From positions 12,584,006 to 12,648,005 of the forward strand of contig NC_083448.1 in the NCBI RefSeq assembly GCF_020745735.1: a DNA stretch of 64,000 nt, written 5' to 3'. Source of the stretch: Hemiscyllium ocellatum. Lineage: Eukaryota. Below, piece after piece: positions 13,641 through 25,700 of this stretch. Under the pieces are notes generated by a model. That model searched no databases. It was not told the origin of the DNA and saw only the letters and a program-made list of their open reading frames with translations. Position 1 is the first letter of the stretch; the number at the start of each line of letters is the position of its first letter. Made by a program: the position numbers and the translations under genes.

Positions 13641-15297
13641 AGTGCTGAAAGTGGATGTTAGGGAGAAGACAACAATAGTACCTCCAAAGACCTCTTCTGG
13701 CCACAACTTCTCATCTGAGCTTGCCACATTTTCTTTACCCAGTCTCTGGATTAAAATGGCATTTGTACCCTGTGACATCACCACTCTGTCCATTTGAAGA
13801 AAGTGATGCAGTTGCTATCTGTTGAGTGTTCAAACCATGAGGAAAGCAGTTGGGTCACTGCAGGTTGGTGGCTGTGGCCAATTTGAACTGCTTGTCAGCT
13901 CGGATTCCACCAGACATACTAGATTATCTTTGAACCTTTATGTTAATTGCCTTAATTGTATTTAATCAGAGCTAACCTGTGAACAGCACTGGTCAACAAT
14001 TTCTCTGAATTCAGTGATTTGCCAACAGCCCCTCTTCAACACTTGCAGTGTGCTATTTCCTGTCTTGTCACAGATACTGTAAGATGGAGCTTTCATTTTA
14101 ATGTTATGTGATATATTGTGGTAAGAATCTGTGATATTCAGCAGAATCATTGCTGTAAGGACAGAGGAAGCTGCTGCACTGCAAATATATTCAGGTGTCT
14201 GTCTCCTGAGAAATTGCTGCTGGTTTTATTCAGTTTTAGTTAGTCCCATTCCTCCTGTACCCCTACATTGTTACCCTTTTGACATAAACTGTTGCATCAT
14301 TGGAATAGGGAATTAACATTTAAAATAAATTTCTTCAAATAATGTTGTTTTGAAACAAATGTCTGTGTACATTACTTGATTCAGAAATACATTTTTATGG
14401 TTTCGTTTTGCATATTGAGAATATTGCTTCACAGTAGGACTTGTGCAGTTTTGGTCTTTTCAATGAAAGTGTTGAACTGTTTCATGTTTATGTACAAATA
14501 CGTGCAGTTGGCATTTGTTAATACCACCAATAACCATGATTTCAAGATTCACAAAAAAACTCAAGACTGAGACAAAAGATTTCGTTTTTTTGTCAGGTAA
14601 GTGTGAGGAAATACTTTAACACTGAAGTTTGGTTTCGAAGTGGTGAGTTGTGTTCTTTTACCATGGAAGAGTCCTCCAATGAGATAGCTGAAGGATCTGT
14701 TTCTAGGAAACAGCAGGGCAGCGCATTTGGATAGAGCAAGGTTCGAAGCAAAAGTGTGTGATAGTTTCCTTTATCCTGTGATTTCCACTGGTGCAGGAGT
14801 TTGATCAAACAACATCAATCTCGGGCCTGCAGATTGCTTTAACTCTTTGTGACTGCTGATGGGTGGATGTTGCAGTTGGCATTGTCATCAGTATGTGAAC
14901 CACCTCACTTTTCATCTCTCAAATGAGTGAGTAATGCGTTTGCAAAGTTCAGTGTTAAAACTGAACTGCCAACAATGATTCAAACACAGCCATCGCTATT
15001 GTGAACCAATAACTAAATATTTATTTGATGAATGTCTCTTGTTTGATTCTTTCCATTCTCTAGCTGCCACTTCAGCTCTTTTACCCACTTTTTTTGAATA
15101 GTGTCTACTGATTGTTTGTTTGGTATTAATCATCAGTGTTTGCAGCTTGTAGCAGAAGTTAACAGTCAGATGGGGTTGCCTTAGGCTCTCGAATCAAATT
15201 GATTCCTCTCAAGAGAAATATGAGGCTGAAGTGGACTGGAACATGGTCAGAAAAGCAGAGAAAAATGGGCTGTCTAGATTCTCTATGTCAAATAAAA

Positions 15298-15615
15298 TCA
15301 GAGAATCCCTACTGTATGGAAACAGGTCCTTCAGCCCAACAAGTTCACACTGACTCTCCGAAGAGTATCTCACCAAAACCCTACCCTTTTTGTCTACATT
15401 TACCCTAAGCTAACACACCCCTGAACATTATGGGCAATTCACCTGACCTACATATCTTTGGATTGTGGGAGGAAACCGGAGCACCCAGAGGACACCCATG
15501 CAGACACGGGGAGAATGTGCAAACTCCACACACACAGTTCCCTGAGGTGGGAATTGAACCCAGGTCTCTGGTGCTGTGAGACAGCAGTGCTAATCACTGT
15601 GCCACCGTGCCGCCC
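15298..15615 (-). mobile_element. HE1/V-SINE-type SINE
   Basis: Reverse complement begins gggcggcacggtggcacagtg (tRNA-like head); central tgtgggaggaaaccggagcacc domain. Confidence 0.85.
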
Positions 15616-15794
15616 AAGTAAACAGTTTTGGGCCTCTTATCTAAGGAAAGATGTCAGGCTTAGAAGCAGTTGAAATAAGTTTTACCACGTTGATTCTCGG
15701 TTTGGAGAGATTGCGTAGTTTGGGCGTGTACTTGTTGGAATAAGGGATTGCATATTTCAACTGGAGATAAGGAAGAATTTATTTTCTGAAAGGT

Positions 15795-16235
15795 ATTGAG
15801 GTATAGGGAGAGGCTGAACAGGCTGGGGCTGTTTTCCCTGGAGCATCGGAGGCTGAGGGGTGACCGTACAAAGGTTTACAAAATTATGAGGGGCATGGAT
15901 AGGATATATAGACAAAGTATTTTCCCTGGGTTGGGGAGTCTAGAACTAGAGAGTATAGGTTTAGGGTGAGAGGGGAAAGATATAAAAGAGACCTAAGGGG
16001 CAACTTTTTCACACACAGGGTGGTACATGTATGGAATGAGCTGCCAGAGGAAGTAGTGGAGACTGGTACACTTGCAACATTTAAGAGGCATTTGGATGGG
16101 TATATGAATAGGAAGGGTTTGGAGGGATATGGGCCGGGTGCTGGCAGGTGGGACTAGATTGGGTTGGGATATCTAGTCGGCATGGACAGGTTGGACCGAA
16201 GGGTCTCTTTCCATGCTGTACATCTCTATGACTCT
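15795..16235 (+). mobile_element. CR1 LINE 3' fragment, relatively young
   Basis: RDLRGNFFTHRVVHVWNELPEEVV; tail catctctatgactct. Confidence 0.88.
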
Positions 16236-16513
16236 TTGGCAGTAAATCTGTCGAGTTGTTTACTGCAGAGCATTGTTGAGACTGGGTCATTAAGTACATT
16301 CAAGGAAGAGGTAGACTTTTAATCAATAAGGGAATCAAGAGTTATAGGGAAAAAGGAAAGTGGAGTCAAGGCATTTTCAAGTTATCCATGATCCCATTGA
16401 ATGGCGGAGCAGACACAATGTGTTGTTTGGCCTACCTTTGCATCTTATGGTCTGATGTTGCTGACAAGACAAAAATTTATTGCCAATCCAAATTGTAGTT
16501 TCGAAGATGATGA

Positions 16514-16850
16514 GCATAGAACATTACAGCGCAGTACAGGCCCTTCGGCTCTCAATGTTGCGCCGACCTGTGGAACCAATCTGAAGCCCATCTAACCGAC
16601 ACAATTCCATTTTCGTTCATATGCCTATCCAATAACCATTTAAATCCCTGAAGGTTGCCGAGTCTACTCCTGTTGCAGGCTGTGCATTTCACGCCTCTAC
16701 TACTCTGAGTAAAGAAACTACCTCTGACATCTGTCCTATATCTGTCACCCCTCAATTTAAATGTTATGCCCCTTCATGCTAGCCATCACCATCCGAGGAA
16801 AAAAGCTCTTACTGTCCATTCTATCTAACCCTCTGGTTAACTTATATGTT
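16514..16850 (-). mobile_element. CR1 LINE 3' fragment (antisense)
   Basis: Minus-strand RGDRYRTDVRGSFFTQ. Confidence 0.8.
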
Positions 16851-17174
16851 AACTACCTTCTTGACAACAGATACATGTATTGTCACAAAAGCTGTCAATG
16901 CAGACACTAGAAATCAGAAATAGAAACAGAAAATGCTGTAGAGACTCAGAACATCTAGCAAGGTCTGGGGAAGAAGAAATAGAATTAACCGGTTGAAATC
17001 CAAGAAGAACTGACATTGAACTGATTTGTCGAACTTCAGTTTGTGGCTGGCAATGTCATCTGAATGGCAGTCTGAAGATTTGGTTTCAATCTCAACCTCA
17101 AAAAGAGTCAATTCCTTTTCCAGCCCATCCAAGGTTAAGCTTTGGGCCTCTATCTATTAAGATCAAAGGAGAAA

Positions 17175-17900
17175 TTGACCCAAGCATCCCTAGTTTCGAA
17201 ACTACCTCTCAGCTAAGGCTGACATTGATGAAAAGATTACACATTGATGCAGAGATTCAATATTGCGTTCAATTTATGTGCACCTCCTTCAGATGCTTAA
17301 AGATGAGAGTCTTTGACCAATGTGACATCTATGTTGATGCTAAGATCCTTAGTATAAAGCAGTCATCCTTCTGACCGATCTTTATGGCTCCAAAACTTGG
17401 ACTACATATAGATGCCACCACCAGACCCTTAAAAAGTACCATCAACATTGTTTGAGATGGATTCTCTGTAACAGCTACGAGCTCAGGTGTACTAACACCA
17501 GTATCCTTGAAGCATCTAACAACAGCAACCATGATCATCCAAACCCAACTCCTCTGGGCCAGCAAAGTGTTTTGGATGCCTGAGTTCTGACTACAATGGC
17601 AAATGTTCTTTGCCCAGATCAAGGAAGGCATTTGAACAAGGGGAAGATAAAAGAAGTGTTTCAAAGATTCCTTAAAGGCTTCGCTTAACAAATGCCACAT
17701 ATGTATTAATGCATGGAAGACCATTGACCACAAGAAACCAACTTGGAAGAAACTCCTATACGAAGGGCCACGGTTTTTCTCAATGTGATCTCAATGCCAA
17801 GGAACAGTTTCACCTCTGGGATAAAGTTGCCAATCTGTGGTTGGAGATGCAGCTCAAAGACACACTCACTGGGCACACAGTAACCCACAGAACCCACGGT
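17175..17900 (+). mobile_element. Degraded RTE-clade LINE fragment
   Basis: Remnants resembling QLRWAGH (caactcctctgggccagc) and KKCFKDSLKASL. Confidence 0.6.
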
Positions 17901-19729
17901 CAGTGACGTGGAGTTTCCAAGATGAAAATCATACTTGTTTGCAATGCTTCATCATTGGAACAAAGGCAAATGACCTTATGATTTAGAGAAAGTTTTCACA
18001 TGACTGTAAGTTAATGACAAATTTGATAGAAACCATTCATTTTAAAGGACAGGCATGCAAAATGATGCACCAATAGCACAGTGAGCATAACAGACATGCA
18101 CATTAAAAAGAAAGACATACAAATAACAGAGTGAACTCTGACATCTGGAGATGTCAGTGAATGCAGCACTTTAAAATGTCAAATCACCACAGGTCAATCG
18201 TCAAAGCAAGGTGGATGCTAAAGGTCCATCATACAACTGGAGCAATACTTGAAAGAATTGAAGAATGTTCAGCTGATATTACAGTCGTGTGTCCAGTTCT
18301 AATCAGTGGGATGCAAAGGAGGTTTTGAAGACCAGATCTTGTGGGCATGAGTCAGCAAAAGAAGTGTTGAACTACAGGGATAGACTCAGATCACAACTTG
18401 AGTGTTGTGTTATTTTACAAAGCCAACCACACCATTATCCTGTACAGGGGAAGTGAGGTTGCAAATTTGTGTCAATGATTGCCTCATGTTTGCAGTGGCA
18501 AGTGACTTGAAAAAGTTTAGCTCCATTAAAAATGTTCTTCAAAGAAATCACTTAAGTGCTTCATAAGAGGCATTAGAGCAAAAGGCCAAAAGACTGATCT
18601 CCACAGTCTCAAGAATCATCTTTAAAGGAGGAGCCAGAGGTTCAGGAAGGACGATTTCCAGAGTGTAGTGTCTCGGCAGCTGAACACAAATGAGCAAATG
18701 GTATATAGGGGGCTGGATTGAGATGCAAACATTGGAGGCATGCAGAGATTTTGTCGGATGGTAGGACTGAATGTTGTTACAGAGACAGGGAGGCGGCCAT
18801 GAAGAATTTGAAAACAAGAACAACAGTATTAAAATTGAGCCATGCTGGGGATCAGTGGAGATCTTTGAGAACTAGAGTGACATATTTCAGTTGAGATTTT
18901 TGAAGTCAATGGGCAGATTTCACCTCCAGTTCTTTGGGCTCCACTTGAATTTCATTGTTTAATGTTTGAGAATTTAGAAGCTGCTATCTGTGCAGCTCCA
19001 AAATATATTGGTAACCAGGCTCTGCTGCCAGCAAGCAGTTCTGCTGTTGTTTGCTCTTTTCAATGTCAAAATAAAGTGCCTTCTCATTTTTAAAATGCTT
19101 TCAACAATTTGAGTCAACACAGAGATACAACACAATCACTTACCAAAACATTGTGCATTCAGCACATATTTCAGATTAGGGTTCTTGCTCTTTTCGTTTT
19201 CTCTGCCTCCGCCTCTTCCCAAATAATAGCTTTCCTCTTACTTTCTGTAACTCAGTGCTGCAAGCTAGCTGTATGCGCATGGTTTATTAATTCTGCTCTG
19301 ACCACATTGGGTTCTATTTACCATGAAGTGAGGGAGGAAAGTCTCAAAGAAGGGGTATGCAGATGCTGAGCCGATGATGAATAAAAGTGGTACGTGTAAT
19401 TGATTTGTCTGTAAGTCTGTGCAGAAAAAAGAAATCAAAACAGGTTTTCTTTTTCTGTGCAACTCAGCAAGATGCTGGAGTCCCTGCCATCTTGAACAAA
19501 TTGACGTCTGAGCAAGTTCTAACATAGATGCTGCATCAGTCCACAGTTCACAAGTGGAAAAGTTTTCGATAAACTATTTACTTGCATTTGTCAGATTGAT
19601 CCAACTGTTCAGAAGTGTTGCAGAATACAAACATGGTTTGGTTCCTTTGCTTGTTAATTTTTCACTGCCTCCTGATGTTTCTAGGAGCTGTTGATGCTGA
19701 ACACCAGTTTTTGATATTTCTGCTGAGTC

Positions 19730-19790
19730 ATGAGTTTAAGGAGCAGAGAGTGGCAATTCCTGTTTCTCACCTTGGCTGTTGTACTGAAAG
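19730..19790 (+). CDS. ASTL-like exon 1 (signal peptide)
   Basis: [20 protein letters not shown], phase-1 donor gtagtg; 86-nt intron with CTAAT branch point. Confidence 0.6.
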
Positions 19791-22700
19791 GTAGTGGCAG
19801 TTTTCTTTTCACTTTCTCCTCTGAGCAAAATATTCTAATCTCTCTGTTGTAACAACTGTCTCTGTAAATACTGCAGCAGTCAGACAGAGCGAGGTTAAGA
19901 AGCAAAATAACAGCTTTCTTCTGGATACCATTCAGACCAAGAGGATCCTTAGAGCAGAGGATGCAATTGTCAGGATTAACCAGCGTAAGTTCACTCTGTT
20001 TCATTCGGATTAAACTATCCTTTCGCAACGGCCAGGCAACTGTTGTTGGACTGTGGTTTTCCCTCCATTGAATAATTGACTTCTTTAACCACATGAAATC
20101 CAGAGATCGATTGCTCTTTCCAATTGCCACGACAACTTCTCCAACAATGGAAATGCTGTTCAGAAATTTGTCCACTCCCAAATGTAGTTTTTTGCAACAA
20201 ATCAAACTGAATCCTTAATCCAAATGTTTCATTGCATTGTTGTTTTGTAAATTGCTTTGTTGGTAGTGTAGTTATTCTCTGGATACCTGCTGTTTGCTAC
20301 ATCACCTTGGACTAATGGATCAAGCAATGAACATTTGTTCTCCTGCTTATAGGAATATTTCGATATGAAAAACCATGGAGGAACTTCCTCATTGAAGGTG
20401 ACATCGTCAAACCTGTAAGTTCCTTTCATTTTTATTTTATCTTTTTAGTGATGAATGTGGGATGATCCGTGGTCCCCTCTAACTAAGAGAGGGTGCATTA
20501 TGTACTCTGTTGATGCTGATCATATTTTGTTATTCTGCCAGTAGAAAATGTCTTACTGTTTGATGCAACATGATGTTTGTTTTTCACATCTTTAAGTTTG
20601 ATTGTTTCATTCCATTTTACTGTTGACCAGACAAATGCAATCACACTGATTCTTTGGATTTTGCAATATTTTGATAGAGAGGCATATTAATTTTAAAATT
20701 TAAATCTCTGGTCCTTACGTTGCAAGTGTATCCCATCTGTGGGAGGCTATGTGAATGGAACTTAACTGTCTTCTTTCCCCCTTCAATCAGCTCTGGAGGA
20801 ATGCTGTGGTGTCTGACACCAGGACATGGCAGAAATCCATAGATGGGATGGTGAGAATTCCATATGAAATATCACAACAGTATGGTAAGTACTGCATGAA
20901 AACATGGCTTATAAATCATGGTCTTCACGAAAAAACAAATTGGAAAAGCTGTGGTATTGCTCAGCACAGTTCAGCTTGGGTTGTGACTGATTGCACATGT
21001 TGGCGGTATGAATCATTCTTATGGGGAGATCCAGCAGCTGGTCTTCCAGATCCCCTGGTTGCACACCTCAATGGACTTACCAAGATTGACTGAGGCCAGA
21101 AACCAAGAATTCCTCCTTTCTCAGTTCATCAGTACCCATCTGAACATCTGAATGCTGATGCTGGTGGTATGTGAGAGTCCCAGTTACTTTCACCTTTGTA
21201 CATTTTCTAGTGCTTCGTAAGTAACTCTTATCACTTTTTCTCCCACTTGCCACGTGGTTCTGACCTCTTGTATATTTTTCAACATGTATGTGTGCTCCAT
21301 AGCCATTCATTTTTCAGATTATTGACAGAAGAGGTCTTTCTGTCTCTGCTGGAAACGTGCTGTACCTTCAGTCATTTGCTTTGAATCCCTCCTTTCAAAT
21401 CTTGAACTTTGTGGATTTCTATTTCACTGAGCCTGTGAGTTGTTGAAATAATGGTCAGTTTTTGGAAGGATCACAGCTGAATCTGACTGCTGTTCTTGTG
21501 CAGCATCCACACTCCACAGACCAATCGAAAAAAGAAATTCACCCAATTTAATTCTCTTTGTAGCAGTAACTCTTGTAACACCATACTCCATGTTCTGGGT
21601 TGAAATGGCTCACTAAACATCAAGAAGACATGGTAGTTGAGATTGCCCTGCTGACAATGTTCAAACAGATCAACTGGGACTTTTGCAGGAAGCCTCAACA
21701 TTGAATTTTGTTGGATGACAGACTGTTGTAAACACACCCTAGTCTTGTCTCCACACCTTTGCACTTTCTTTGACTCATGGAATAATGGTCTGGAATGTGA
21801 AAATTGACAGAGATTAATTGACTCTGAATAAGTTTTTAATTTGTCAATGAAACAGTCATGTCTAAAGATCTTTGATAGCATCCAACCTGATGTTTACTCA
21901 TCACAGTACATACATCTCTCACCCAGTGATAAGCTCTTCGTTGAATACGCACATGTTGCATGGACAGGAAATTTTGGTTTATGCACTAATGATCTATTAA
22001 ATCCAGCAGACAGAGAGAAAACAGAGAACCACAGGCCACTTAATCTGATAGGAAAGCGCTAGAACCTTTGGAAGAGATCTGAGCATTGCACTTGGAGAAC
22101 CATCATATTCAGCTAATGTTTTTTCTGAAGGCAAGCTATGTTTTGCCAAATGAATTTGAGTGTTTGAACTTGTAAGTTATAGGATGGTTTGCTGAACATA
22201 TGGAGTTTGATGGACATAAAGAGGCAGCAAAGACATATACTCAGCTTGAGTAAGTGGGCAACAAATTGGCAAATGGAATATAGCAAAGGAAAGTGAGGTT
22301 ATTCACTTTAGTTCTCAGTATAGAGCCACAAAATATTTTTAAAAGACGTGAAGTTTACTATTATTGTTGGGATTGGATTTCAGTATACAAATACGAGGCA
22401 AATAAATTTGGCATGCTGATGCAACAATGAATAAGGAAGATAAATAACACATTCATCTTTCTTGCAAGTGGATTGGGAGGAAATAAAATGTATAAAGGTA
22501 AAAATAGGAATAAAAATGCGTGCTGCATTTCCACAGTCCTTTGTGACACCATATCTGCAAGATAGTGTATGGTCTCCATCTTGAAGGAATAATCACATAG
22601 GAGGCAGTATGTTTCCCAAAAAGAGGGGTTGTCCTGTGATGATGAAGGATTTAATTGAGTCTACATTCTCTGGGGGTCAGAAGAAGGAGAGTTGATTATG

Positions 22701-25700
22701 TTGAAAAATATAAGATTCTGAGGACCTTGCTGGAATAGATCCTGAAAGATTGCATCTCTTGGCTCATGAAACAAGAGCATAGGGCACAATCTCAGGTTGA
22801 GGGACTGACCATTTAGACCAAGGTGAGGAGAAACCCCTTTAGGCATATGGCTGTACAGAGGAACCTCGATTATCCAACATTCGATTATCCGAACAAGATC
22901 GTAAGTCCCAATGCTTGGTTAAACTGTGTTATTCGGCATTCGATTATCCAAATGAAATACTCCCCGCCTGTGTCCTTCGGATAATTGAGGTTCCGTTGTA
23001 AATCAGTGAAATGATCTACTCCATTGTTTGATATATTTAATGCTGAGATAATCATTTGTCTCTGGGGAAGTAAAGGTATCTGAGGAGCAGATTTGAAAGA
23101 AAGGTTGGGGTTTAGCCTCACTCATGATTGTATTGAGTGGTGGAACAGACTGAGAATCGTAGATTGTAGAATCTCCTCAGTGTGGAAAGAATTCTGCCCA
23201 TCGAGTCTGCATTGACACTCTGAAGAGCATCTCACCTTCAACCAGCCCCCCAATTCTATATTCATAACCCCCATTTACCATGGCTAACCAACCTAGTTTG
23301 CAGATCCCTGGACTCTACATGGCAATTTGTCATGGGCTTTCTGGGCCTTCAGTGTATCATTACTCTTATGTCTTTGGTTCTGAAGGTCTTGCAAGTCTAG
23401 CAAACTTAACATATGACAATGTTCTGAAAAACACAAGACTGAAAAGTCAGCAGAGACCTAAAATTATAAATGTGTCTTTTCTCCTTTATCTCTTTTCAGG
23501 TGTTAAGTGGTGTCCAGTGTGTTTCTATTGATATTTTCCTTATTTAAGATATTTTTTCTTTATTCAGATGAGGAAACTTGGAGCTCCATCAGTCGAGGTT
23601 TCAAAGACTTTGAGAAATTCACATGCGTACGCTTTGTACCTCACAGCGATGAGGAGGACTTTATTTCTATTCAGCCTATTCACGGGTGTGTACAACTGGT
23701 GGGACCAAAGTATAGCTGTCCTGAGAAATATTCTTCCTGATTTGTGCCATGACTCATTGCATCTGAGCTGTGTAATACTTGCACTTCATAGCTTCTGTTC
23801 CCTAGCAGTGTGATTGAGTGGTCAGGAACAGTGAAGCCCATCAAGTCCACCCTGATCTTCCAAACAGCACCCCACCCCTCCACCTTATTCCTGTATTCCA
23901 CTTTTCCCATGGCTAATCCACCTAGCCTTCACATCCCATGACACTGTGGGCAATGTAGCATAGCCAATACACCTAATCTGCCCATTTTTAGACTGTGGGA
24001 GGAAATCTGAGTACCCAGAGGAAACCCACGCAGACATAGGGAGAATGTGAAATCTCCACACAGACAATTACCCGAGTGTGGATTCAAACTCGGGTCCATG
24101 GCACTGTGAAGCAGCAGTGCGAACTGAATGACCAAACTGCCCTGAGGAGTACTGGTATCACTACCAATACAGGACGGAACTGTATTATCAGGACAGGTTC
24201 CACCTGAACCTGGGACCAGGATCCTAATGGAAAGGCTGAATGGAGTGGTCACAAGGACTCATTTAAGTGGGGGAGGGCTGAGTAGTGGTGACTAAAGTTT
24301 CCAGAACAAGGAATAAGACAATGTGAAAAAGATTAAGAATCTAACTACAGGCTCAGCAGATAATGGGCAACTACGAGAAGGGAGATGGTCAACATAGGAC
24401 TGAGGATGTTGTTCTTAAATACACCAAGGATGATAAATGGAATCATAGCACAGATGGAAGTTGGCGAGTAGCATATTGTGGACATCAGAGACATGGCTTC
24501 AAGGGGATTGGACTGGGAATTAAATATCCAACAATACGCGTTCTGTCAATGGGACAGGAAGGTGGTCAAAGGGGATGGGTTGCCTTGTTAATCAGAAGTA
24601 CAATTAAATTGATAGCAAGAAGTAATCTAGCGTCAGAACTGTGGAGTCTGTGTGGGTCAAGTTGAGGAATTGCAAAGGAAAGGGATCCTGATGTGACTTA
24701 GGCGTAGCCTTCTGAACAGTAGTCAGGATGTGAAGCAGAAAATAAATTCTGAGATTGAAAAGGCATGTATGAAAGACGTAATCAGAAGAATCATGGGGGA
24801 TCTTCGATATACAGGTTGATTGGGAAAATCAGGTTGGTGGAGGATTCCAAGTAAAGAAATTTGTGGACTGTCTAGGAGATTTGTTTTGGAGCAGATTATG
24901 GTTGGGCTCACTTGGGAGCATCACTCTCTTAGGGACATTCAGGTGAAGGAACCTCTTGGGGGTAGTGACCACAGTATTATAGAATTCACCTTGCAGTTTG
25001 AGAGGAACAAGATTGTATCAGATGTAAAGGTTAAAATGGGTTACAAAGAAATGTCAGAGCAACTGAATAGGGATTCTGCATGGTGAAAGACACCAGTAGT
25101 AGACCAAAATTTCAAGAGAGTCAGGGCAGAGGTGAGAGTGGTGGCCATCACTAAAGAGAAGGTGCTGGAGAAGCTAATAAGTCTGAAGGTGATTAAATCA
25201 TCTCGATCAGTTGGACTGCACCGCACAGTTCTGAGGAGATTATGGAGGCATTGGTGCTGATCTTTCAGGAATCACTAAAATCAGGAAGGGTCCGCTTACT
25301 GAAAAATATCTCATGTCACACCTCTGTTTAAGATGGGAGGGAGGCAAGATGTAGTGTTTGTAATGAGGTCAGTCAGTTGAACCTCATGGAACCTGAATTT
25401 CCTGATTGGGACTGTTAACCTGGTCCAATCAGGGAGCCTTGGCTAACAGATATAAAAACAGGAGTGTCAGGGGTTCTCCTCGCTCTGAGAGCTGGTTCTG
25501 TGGAAGCTGGAGCAGTGTCAAGGATTCCCCATGTGTAAATAAAGGAGTTATTTCACACAAGACAAGAAATTATCAGCCAGTTGCCTGACATTGGTTGTTG
25601 GTAAGATTTCAGAGTTCATTATGAAGAATGAGTTTGTGGAGTACTTGGAAGTACATGGCTTCAGAGAAGGGAGGTCATGCTTGACAAATCTATCAGAATT

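Noticed and set aside
19791-19825. Alternative acceptor at 19825 for ASTL-like exon 2
   Set aside because: Would give a 35-nt intron with a GAG acceptor; the CAG at 19874-19876 with an upstream CTAAT branch point fits better.
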